A stretch of 64,000 nucleotides of DNA, taken from Tubulanus polymorphus (Eukaryota > Animalia > Nemertea). Below, one piece after another: positions 1 through 11,200 of the stretch; position 1 is the first letter of the stretch, and each line of letters begins with the position of its first letter. Where the stretch lies: contig NC_134025.1 of the NCBI RefSeq assembly GCF_964204645.1, positions 2,666,001 to 2,730,000 of the forward strand, read 5' to 3'. The notes under the pieces were generated by a model. It did no database searches, was not told the origin of the DNA, and worked only from the letters and a program-made list of their open reading frames with translations. A program made the position numbers and the translations under genes.

Positions 1-94
1 AAAATTAAAAAAGTTAATTCATGCGGAATAAATCCATAAGGATCAGAATGTTAAGGATTCATTTATAAATCTTTTTTTTCAAATTCTATTTCAG

Positions 95-3000
95 ATTGCA
101 AACGAAAGTGAAAGACAAGCAGGTATGTATATTTTATATTACAATTCTAGGCACTGTTAATACGAGCTGAATGTGTATGGGCCAGCTGTTCATTTAATCA
201 ATCAAATTACATTGTACGTGTTGCTAAGTTAAAAAAATGTTTATAATCAAACTCTATTTTACCGTCACAAAAAAACAACAAAAATGTATTATTATAAATT
301 AATGTTTTGAACGGTCTACTGGTAACAGCTGAGGTGTGATTGACGTAATACCTAGCAGCAGCCGCAGCAGCAGCAGCAGTAGTCAATTTGAACGAATAAA
401 GGACCTGTTGGAATCCAGATGTGAGAAGCAGCGACACATGTGTGTGAGTCCATGTATAATTTGGCGCTAATACGGAGACAGTTGGTGAATCCTTGGGGTT
501 CCAATTATGGTTTTGAAAATGCCTGGATCGGATTTTCAAATAAGAATCTGTTTGAAATTATTTGTCCTATCGAATTGCAGTAAAACCATGTTATTTGGTC
601 AGGACATCCATCAGTATTATCAGACTAACAACAAGAGATGTGGACAGTTCCAACTATCTTCAACGGGATGAAAGAAGGCAACTTAAGCGGAAGAAGATGA
701 AATGCTTTTTCAATAGCTATTTTTGTAGTGATATTATAGGCTGTTCTGGTGGTCATCGTAAACAGTGAATTATTCTTGACGTGAAGAGATGTTCATGGAA
801 AGATCCAGTTGAAAATTGTACTCAACTTCGCTAATGCTAAATCAGTATAATTATCAACTTTATACTCAACAGTCAATAGGTGTCATATATCCTGTCGGTT
901 TCGTACTCCAAGATCTCAAGTATCATTCATACATATGTTTCATGATGAAATTTATATCTAGAGTGTCATCGATGTGAGATGACCTTTCACAGGAGTCGTC
1001 GAACTGCAATCGTTGATCGTTGTGACATAGATTTGGTAGAGTGAATGCTACAATGAAATTGAATTTAATGCATCTGATGGTTTTCACCTACCGGTTGTTT
1101 CCTTGTCGTAGTTGATGCAAGTCTAGTCTTTGAATGAGAGCGAATTTATGGATTTCTGTCTTCAAGAAGTGAAATTCTGGGATTTTATTTTCAAAATTTT
1201 TTCTCTTCGTCTATTGACTTGCTTGAGCGCCACTCGGGGTTTATGAGTAGGTTCAAGGTTTCTTTTTTTCTGATGAAAAGAGAGTCATCAACGCGTGGAA
1301 ACTTCAATCTAGTAACTCTGCTGCCACCGGGATCAAACTGACTCGGCCACTAAAGCTCACCTCTTCAATGTTCGGCCCTAAAATGAGAAATAAGTCTCTT
1401 AAACGTGTCGGGGAATTAAGAGGTTTATCTTCAGCAATCAGGTCAACTTCAGAGATGAAATTAGGTCAACTTCAGAGATGAAATTAGGTCAACTTCAGAG
1501 ATGAAATTAGGTCAACTTCAGAGATGAAATTAGGTCAACTTCAGAGATGAAATTAGATCAACTAGAAGACTGTTTCATATTGTACTGTACAGTTTTTGCG
1601 GAGGCTTCATAGTTGAATTGGTACTAATTGGCTTTTGGAAATTGAATACATTTATTTAATTGAACGATTAATATTTACTTTACTTTCAGGACAGCTTATT
1701 TCATGTTACTTATGTTAAGTTGCACGGTGTTATGCTTTACGACACAGAAATCTTTTTCCAGATTGCTTTCTAACTATTTTAGGGATTGATTTTAGATTGA
1801 TATGATATTATTAGTTTTTTCGCATATATTTATACTGAAGATATGTGTATCATTTAGTTGATTCAAAATACGGCGATGTAAAAAGAGTGGAAAAATCGTT
1901 GCCGCCTTCTCGTATTGAGAATCAAAATGAATCGTCATCCGCAAGATTTTCTCATCCTCCGGCAACGGAATCTGTTCGGTAATTATAAAGAAGTTAATTT
2001 TGGCCTGATTTCTGTTGGCGTAATTTCCCGGTATCTGAATTGTTGTGGACTACGTTTATTTCTAGGATAACGCCACGTCCAACATATACAAATAGCAGTA
2101 CACTAGATCGTGGTCATTCGAAGGATCCTGAACCGAAAAAGGTCTCGATGCATGATTGTCAGTTTGGTAGTAGCACTGCTAGTACACAAAAACAACATAT
2201 TGAATTTCCTTTTCAAATTGCAGGAAACGCAACCTGAAAAAAGAAATGACCCCGAAAAATCTCAATTGAGCGATGAAGTAAGCACCAAATCTGGGTTGAT
2301 CAGGATAAGGTGTTATATTCGTTGCAGAGTTAGTCGTTGGATGTGGTCTGTCAATATTCATGTTCTCATCATCTCTTGTAGGACTTATTGCAGAAACTTA
2401 TTCAGCAGTTTATCTTGTATAAATCGCAGAAAATGACGCCCAGTTCGAACAAACAAAAGAAAAAAGATAAACAACTTAAACTTCTGAAATTGATGCAGGG
2501 TTTGATCGCGATGTTGAGTCAGGAGATGCAAGTACGGCCGGAAGTGGTACAAATGTCCGAAGCGCTTGATATTGCTCAGGAGTCCTCCGGGGAAGAAGAT
2601 AATGACGACCATAATGGTATTCTATCATCTTTAAGCATACAAGAATTCGATTTTTGTACATTTGCTTCTTTCTGCAGACGATGATTTCAGCTTTCGCTGT
2701 TATTGTCATCATCTTTTCTTGACATTCACAAATTACTACCATTACCATTTCTAGAATCGAGTAAAGTTTCTACGAACGCGTCGGCAATGGTTAATTCTCA
2801 GACAGCCTCGGCAGCAGATAGAATTCCGACTGTTTTTTCAAATCCATCACAGATGATGACACCGCAGAACAACGATTTATTGTCTAAGATACTTCTTCAC
2901 CAGAGTCAACAACCTTCACAGCGGCAACAACAAGCGCTGGGAGGATTGCTATTGGGAAGTGGTTTAAATCTACCCCCCGTCAGTCAGATGAATCAAGTGG

Positions 3001-3104
3001 CCAGTGTGTTAGGTGGACTTTTGAATATACCTTCAATTCTACCGGCTGCAAATGCTTTACTGAATTCTGTACCTATTGAACAACAGATATTAGCATTACA
3101 ACAA

Positions 3105-3136
<32 letters not shown>

Positions 3137-5224
3137 GCAGATAGCTTCATCACAGTTAGATAATGAATTACAGTTCAATTCATTCAATATGGAACATCAA
3201 AGGCAGCAGGCAGCGATGCATTTAAAACGACTGCAAGATTCTGAAAATGCGAAAGCAAATTGGAACCTGACGAAACCGGCATTTAAGAGTAATAAACGCG
3301 AGAATGTAACAACCAGGAATCGCCAGTCCTCGGAGAGAGCTGAAAAGGATAGTTTTTGGGTGAATTGGCACGCACGAGAGGAAGAAAAAGAGAAAGCCAT
3401 CTTAGAAGAGGCTGAAAGAATCAGAGCTCGTAGTATCGATACAACGAAATCTAGTGAACAGCAAAATGAGCCGCAATTTCCCAAAGGCCACACCGAAGCT
3501 ATGCCTGGTAATATGAGTGCAGGATATCAACAGAAACAAAATCAGAGAAATACTGTTTATGAGAACAAATCTTCAGGAAGAGACAATCGGGAACTTCAAG
3601 ATACAAGAACCGTAATCAGAAAATCAAAAGAAAACCTTCTAGAAGAAAAGAAACCGTCGTCGTCGAATAGAAATAAAACCGATATCGATCGAAGACGCTC
3701 GTCGAAAGATCAACAACAAGAGCCGAGGCGTAAATCCGGATCACCGAGACACGCAGCGGAAAATACCGATAGATATCACAGAAATAACAGCGGGAAAGAT
3801 CATCATCAAAGAAAACCAGACGAAGCACGAACGAAAGATTCGAGATATCACCGCAAAGGCAGAAGTCGATCTCGTTCTCCGAGACGTCGCCCTCTGAAAC
3901 GAAGAAGCAAATCTCCCACTTCACATCGACCACTGCACAGATATAGATCTCGCTCTCCAACGTCTAAAAAGAGAAGCAGACACGATGACGATAAGGATCG
4001 CGTTGGTTTGTCGAGTGAACCGCACGTTTTTGACGCTTCGGTCGTTTCGGTTGTATACGGTGGTGTTATGAATGCATTGGTAAGTGTGATGTAGAATCAA
4101 CTGCTCATGGAATTCACTCATAGATGGCAAACTTACACAAAGGATGACTACCGTATGTCGCCTTAGACGTCGCGAGACTAGCTGCGAGAGCTTCGATGCG
4201 ATTCCTATCTTTTACCGCGATGAAAATAATCTGAAATTCACGTGAAAACATCTGACAACTTCTTCAAAATACACATCATTCAAATGACATCCACATGAAA
4301 TACGTTCAGTTCTTTGTCAAATAAGCAGCTTTTCAACTCTTCCACAAACCATATACATGTATTTGATCTCAGTTAAAATATCAATGAAAATTTAATACTA
4401 TAAAACTAGATTTCAAGCTATGTTAACTAGTTACAACGATCTACTAAATGAATACAGTATTATCTATTCATTTTGGACTAATGTGGTTCATGAGAAATTC
4501 AAATTAAACATCAAATTTCACACAACATTTATGTGCAAGTGGATACTATCGGATTAGATCAAAAAGCTGGATTTAACTGATTCGACTTCGACTACATCTA
4601 TGAACGTTCAAATAAGTTATTGTGTAGAAACTTTGTTCTTATCATTGTGTACTTTTATATTCTAAGGCTCCTAATAGTGTGAAAGAACCCGGAGATCTTC
4701 ATCTAGCTACACGAATGATTGCCGAATTAACTCGCGGAGCTATGGTAATTTCATATTTCTTTATTATATTACATGGCTATTATATTTCATTCGATGTGAA
4801 GTAGATTGACATGATCCTTCATGATACCTCTTCATTTGAATCATGTGTAATGTGTTACATGCGGGTTAAACACGACACCAAATCAATTACTTTTCACTTG
4901 CTTCACCCCGACTCATGCCAGCTTTTTTTTACTTTGCAGCTCGCTCTTCAAGGTCAGTTCACCGAAGCTGATAAGTTAGTTCTTCAACAAACTGCAGCTG
5001 AACTCTCTTTACAGTTCAGCGCACACGCACTTATGCCTGCGTTTCAACTAGCAGGACACATGTCGATCGACAGCGTCAAATATTTGATGAATATGCGGCC
5101 TAATGAGCGTGATGGAATGTTAAAATATCTCTCATCTAGTCAAGGACTGTTGAGACACATTATTAAGGAACCGTCGGCATTGTGCGACTTTGCCGAACGA
5201 AAAAAATATTTGCAAACAGATTAG
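95..5224 (+). CDS. Uncharacterised multi-exon protein (5' end outside the window) with a polyQ tract, an Arg/Ser-rich segment and a helical C-terminal domain
   Basis: Phase-compatible GT-AG exons at about 95-122, 1858-1978, 2066-2141, 2224-2277, 2382-2616, 2755-4001, 4667-4744 and 4940-5224 (stop TAG). CAG/CAA run at about 3097-3139; RSRSRSPRRR / RSRSP repeats at about 3860-3960. No family recognised; some boundaries are tentative. Confidence 0.7.
1440..1563. repeat. 23-bp tandem repeat (AGGTCAACTTCAGAGATGAAATT) x5 plus a partial copy
   Basis: Five identical head-to-tail units read directly, with no spacers; intronic. Confidence 0.95.
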
Positions 5225-8068
5225 TTTGAATATCGATGATGCATGTACATGTATGTTTATATATATGAACCCTGCTTCAATTTAGATAATTTTGTCAGCA
5301 AAGTTATGTACGTAATTATCAATGAAAGATCGTACTACTATTTACGAAAGTCTCTCGTATTATTACTACTTAATAATTCATTAATTTTTCACTAAACCGA
5401 TAACTTTCAGTACTTTTGATACAGTACTTAGGTTCAACGACCTCTTCCAATCCCAACGAAAAGTGAGATTACCGTAAAAAAAAGTGCAAGATATCTTTAT
5501 TAAGTTCAAACTCACGATAATGTTGTAAATAATGAAATCAAACTCTTGTTAATTGTGTAAGAATAAACGTTTTATCATGTGATCCAATGATTTGTGGCTT
5601 GATTTAATGCTTTACCGAGGACATGCGACGACATTGGACAAATCAACAATTCTATCGGTTGATAAAACCCACAAGGAAGTAATTAATGAACTCGATCAGT
5701 ATTCTATAATTATAATCATTTATTACATTACGTTTCAACAGCTATGTATTTCTACGTATATGCACTAGCGTTAATTCCAGCATCATCTGATTATAGCATC
5801 TAGGTTTATCAACGCAGATCAATTACCAATAGAATGTTCTTGACCATATCCGTATTAAAATTTTCCATTTAACATGTTTTTCATACATGTTTTATAATCA
5901 TTTATCATAGATATGCTTCAAATGGAGGAGACAGCAGAATATAGATGCAATCAACGACAATGTTGATCTCAATTATAAGAATCTAGTGAAATTTTATTAA
6001 TATTTTCATATAACGAATCTTCTAAAATAGCATTTTACAAACGCTATGATCACATGTAAGAAGATTGTTTGGTACGATGTGAGAATCTCAATAAATCACT
6101 ACAGTAGGCAGCACATATCGATTTAACTAAGCATGTGGAAGTGTAAGGAATAATTTTGCTAATAACCGTAATGAAATTTCCGGACATTAGAAAAGTTACT
6201 TTTTTATATACATCAGAATAAAACATCATTTACAGTGAATATGAAATAGCCTAGTTTTCAATAATTAGTCTGCGTTTAATCTTCATTGCCATGTCTCCCC
6301 ATTTCCCAGACATTTTTCCTGATGGTTTGAAAAAAGTTCAATAGAAATTCATTTATGAAAAACAGTTTTACTGACAGATTTTAATGTCATGGGTCCATGA
6401 ATACAAGCATTGTTTATTACAATATAGATTTTACCATACAAACATCATCATCAGTGTGATTCCATTAATTCATATTATAATATACCGAAAGATTTCGCCA
6501 TCTGAAATGCCCTCAGCATTTCAAAATACAGAGAAACAAAAGTACATGTACATCTACGTTAACAACATTATCGATAAACTGGCCTATGTAAGATAATACG
6601 AATGTTGTATTCATAACACGTAATATTATGAGTGGTATGGCATATATCTCAGATCATACACAACAAATGACTATTCTAGTGGATACTAACACTAGAATTA
6701 GTTACAATTAGCTATCAAAGCATTTAGAGTACAATCACCGATTCAACACAAAACTTACTGACTTTTTTAAGAGAGCAGTTTTAACCATACCTCCTTTTTT
6801 ATTTTACATGGGATATACAAAGAGTAATAACAGCATGAAAGTGCACAGCTGAAACCCCTCAACCCCAGACATTGTCAGCAGATGTCATTCCTCTTCAGCC
6901 CTTATTTCATTACATAGAGCATACCGTGTATATATATATAGGTTAAAAGGTTTAATTCAGTATGTACACTGTGCGTTAGATACAATGATCTACCATTCAT
7001 ACAAGGCTACATACATTATACTTCAACGAACGATATCATAATTATAGTTCCTTCCATCTACTGTTTGTCCTATCACAGATGTCATTATGTGGCACAATAC
7101 AGTTCTTACCAAAAGGTGAAGTCAGTTCAGTCAAAATGGTCAATTCAGTCAATTTAGTCAAAAGATGCACATTTTGCACCTGTGAAAAGACAGTGAAACC
7201 TATAATTAACGCAAATATTCTTATTTACAATGAACAGAAAATGTATGGCACAAAACGAAAAGGATAACAATCAGTAACCACCTCAAAATAGTACATAGCG
7301 GTGTAATTTTTAAAGTTTGTGATGAGCAAACCGGAGACAGACATTTCCGAACCAAATTCTTTGAATTCATATAGAATAATAATATGTTAGTATTGTAAAT
7401 AGCCTTTTAAACCCTCTTTCCCCTTAATGTGCACCTAATAAATGAATGATGCACCTTTATCAATATCACAGTGAACCTTTGTTATTATTCAGCTGAAGGG
7501 TTGAATATGTGTAGATGATTAGATAGTAATAACAAAGGTTTCACTACTCTAACTCTAACTCATTACAAGTGGATATATAGTTTCATTATGTCAATTAGAA
7601 TACTGAACATCTTTAGTACAACATACATGTTACTTATAAGTTATTCATAGCAAACATTGCCTTCATCGGATACAATTCTACGGTAGTTTTCTCGTATCCA
7701 GGGGTAAATACCTTCTTTTACCATATAGTATTTATTACCCTGTATTAACGATTTAGCAATCGTTCACTCAATTCTATCGAATTTTATACAGAAAACAGCG
7801 TATACAGGTAGGTGGGTGTATCCCCATTTAATGGGTAAAATAAACCTTCAATCTTAAGTGGGAATAAAAAGCAACTAAAAGTTATAGTTGAATATACATT
7901 AAATGCGCAGTAGACTGCTATTAACTTTATCAGATTTTCAATCTTTTAATATTCAGCTTTTCTTCAGAATATAATTACGTTTAAACGTTTTAATAACTAA
8001 GTTTAAAATCGAGTCGATGATTTGTTGTATCTTCGTGCATTAAACAAAACAAAACAAAATATAATATA

Positions 8069-8228
8069 TAAAGTGGAACCACGTTTCGACGAACTTCAGG
8101 GCACCAGAAAATATCTTTGTTGTAACCGATAATTTGTTTCATCTCGTAGGAAATTATCAAAATTGTCGTATTTAGGACAAAAGCCTACGTTTGTAACGTT
8201 AAAACGTTATATCTGAGTTTCCACTGTA
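8069..8228. mobile_element. Small Tc1/mariner-type MITE remnant in the HIF-alpha 3' UTR region
   Basis: Ends TA-AAGTGGAAC ... GTTTCCACTG-TA form imperfect terminal inverted repeats with TA flanks. Confidence 0.5.
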
Positions 8229-8279
8229 AAGAGTTTAATGATAATTACATAGATAAACTCATGAATGAATGAATTATTT

Positions 8280-11200
8280 CTATAAAATATCAGAACAGTC
8301 GAGAGCTGTAAGCAGATCCTGTCCTTTTAATAGGTTATTCTGTACTAATGGCGCATTCACTTCAGCATCGTGTTGTGTGATCTGAGGCAGCATACTTTCT
8401 ACCGAATGCTTTCTCTTCAACGCCTGAAACGTGAATTCATCTACGTTAAGCATCAGCTTTTGATTTTACCCGATTATAGATATTGATAATATTCGATAAT
8501 ATTTTTCTTTATATAGCAACATTCTCATTGCAGACTCGTAACGCTTAACATAACATTGAGCAAACGATAAGATTATACACGAATATGAAAATCAAACATT
8601 TCAATTTCGAGTTTCATGAATTTTAACCCTTTTCTTAGATCTCGATTGAAACTCGCAATCCCGATCAATTTTCAGATAATCATATAACAATAATTCACTC
8701 ACCGACAAACGTCCTTCCTGTTGCGTCGGATTTTCAATCGAGTAACCATGGTTACGATCTTCCCCTTTCAGTAGCAAATTCATTAGCACGCTCGTGCACT
8801 CCGGTTCTGAGAATGAAAATTGATGAGTATTAGAACAATGTAGAGTTTACAGGCTTCAGCTCCCGAGTACTGCTCACTACTGCTTCTTCCTCCAAAAAAT
8901 TAACTGCCACCATTTTAATCATCCAAATGGCCCCAAATTTAAGAAGATATCCCTGGTGCGGATTCATTAGAAACAGCCTCTCAGACTGATGAAACTAAGT
9001 AAAACTTACTGGTTGAAAAGTTGCGTCTGCCGGTGTCGATGCAAGCTCCTCCGGACGTGATTCGTTGACTCATGTCTTGCGTGAGTTTAACCAGTAACGG
9101 ATGATTCGGGTTGCTCGTGAATAGAGGCAGAATTCGAGCTTTCTGAACGCGCGCGCTCGGATCGCTACCCGCTCTTATCGTTTGAGGCTCCAGGAACTTG
9201 CTACATCGATTCATCAGTTTCAATTTCTCCGAATTTTCTTCATCGTTGCTCGTTAATTTGATTTTTTTCACCCCACAACCGCCGCCCGTATCGTGAGGCA
9301 TTATCGGCAATGGCTTTGAAGGTTTCTTTGCCCTGAAAGAATTCAATAGCGGAATGAATCCTAGAAATCTACAAAGTCAGGACAGGGTTCATACTGTTTA
9401 GTAATAACTCCAGAATTTTAGGAATTTTTTAGCAGTATGAAAGGAAACCAGTTCCAGGATGATTTACTAGAAATTGTGACCGAAATACTGACTTTCAAAA
9501 ATTTTTTAGAACTTGCTCAAAATTTAGGATGCATCTCAAGTTAAGAGGAGATCCTTGAAAATATTTGCTTCAATTTAGAGGGGTTTTCAAAGAATGGTAA
9601 GAACCCTACAGAAATATGAGAGAACAAACTTACCCATCGGGAAGATTTCTGAATATGCTGTGAGTAGACGGGGTGAACATCCAGTCCTCATTTCCATCCA
9701 TCGGAATAAATGGAGCACGTTCCTCCCAATCAACGCTCTATATCAAAATAAATACATAAATCACTGACGCTCCATCGCTGAGCTGAATGTATAAATATAC
9801 AGTGAACTCTTCCTAACTCGAATCAATTGGAACCAGTGATTTTTTGTTTCAAATTGGGTGATTCGCATTGTGTTTGGTTAAGAGGAGTCTACTGCGCAAC
9901 GCAATTGATTTTAGAAATGTGATCATACATCTGGACTGTCGGGCTTCTCATCAATTATGATTCCCGGTGAAAATTCATCCATAACTCGTAATAATTTTTC
10001 TTCTTTCGATGACTGAAAAATAAGATGAATAAAACGTAAGTGAGGCGAAAAGAAATCAAGTTGACTGAACAACAATAAGTGAACTGGACTTTGAATAAAC
10101 GGTGGCAAGAGTCAAATCTAACTCATCAGAGAGAGCAAGACAAGAGAAGTGAGGGGGAGATAGAAAGTGAGCGAGAGGGAGGAATGAGGGATAGAGTGAG
10201 GAGGAAGGAAAGAAATAGTGTGGGCGAGTGGGAGAGGAGAGAGGGGTGAGGGAAATAAAGAGGAGTGAGGAGAGAGGGGTGAGAGATAGAGGATTGAGGG
10301 GGAGATAGAAAGTGAGCGAGAGAGAGGAATGAGGGATAGAGAGGAGGAAGGAAAGAAATTGTGAAGGAGAGTGGGAGGAGAGAGGGGTGAGGGAAATAAA
10401 GAGGAGTGAGGAGAGAGGGGTGAGAGATAGAGGATTGAGGGGGAGATAGAAGGTGAGTGAGAGAGAGGAATGAGGGATAGAGAGAGGAGGAAGGAAAGAA
10501 ATAGTGAGGGCGAGTGGGAGAGGAGAGAGGGAAATAAAGAGGAGTGAGGAGAGAGGGGTGAGATATAGAGGATTGAGGGGGAGATAGAAAGTGAGTGAGA
10601 GGGAGGAATGAGGGATAGAGAGAGGAGGAAGGAAAGAAATTGTGAAGGAGAGTGGGAGAGGAGAGAGGGGTGAGGGAAATAAAGAGGAGTGAGGAGAGAG
10701 GGGTGAGAGATAGAGGATTAAGGGGGAGATAGAAAGTGAGCGAGAGAGAGGAATGAGGGATAGAGAGAGGAGGAAGGAAAGAAATTGTGAAGGAGAGTGG
10801 GAGAGGAGAGAGGGGTGAGGGAAATAAAGAAGAGAGGAGTGGGAGAGGAGAGGGATAGAGAGGGCGTGATAACTATAATACATACCACTGGACTACACGG
10901 AGCTGATAAACTCGTAGATGAAACTGATACTTTACTCGATATTGATAACGGTGACATACAACCTCCTCCGGCGTTATACTCGGTTAACTCCAGCGGTATA
11001 AAGGGCGGCTCCGTTTTAATGATCGGATTTAATCGGCAATCAGTATCTTCATTGCATGAATCGATATTTATACAATCATCAGAATCGTTAAACAGGTTAT
11101 CTGTAAGTTGAAATCAGACATGATTTTAGTTTTTATGTCTCACGAGTAAAACATGTGGGATTATAGTATACCACGTGTTTCAAGCTCTACAGTTGACTAT

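Noticed and set aside
1440-1563. CRISPR-like array
   Set aside because: The repeats are contiguous with no spacers, there are no cas genes and the context is a eukaryotic intron.
2993-3187. Poly-Cys ORF on the minus strand
   Set aside because: It is the antisense reading of the CAG polyQ tract.
10056-10883. 275-aa Ser/Leu/Pro-rich ORF
   Set aside because: It is a translation of the CT-rich minisatellite strand, which lacks stops by composition, and lies inside a HIF-alpha intron.
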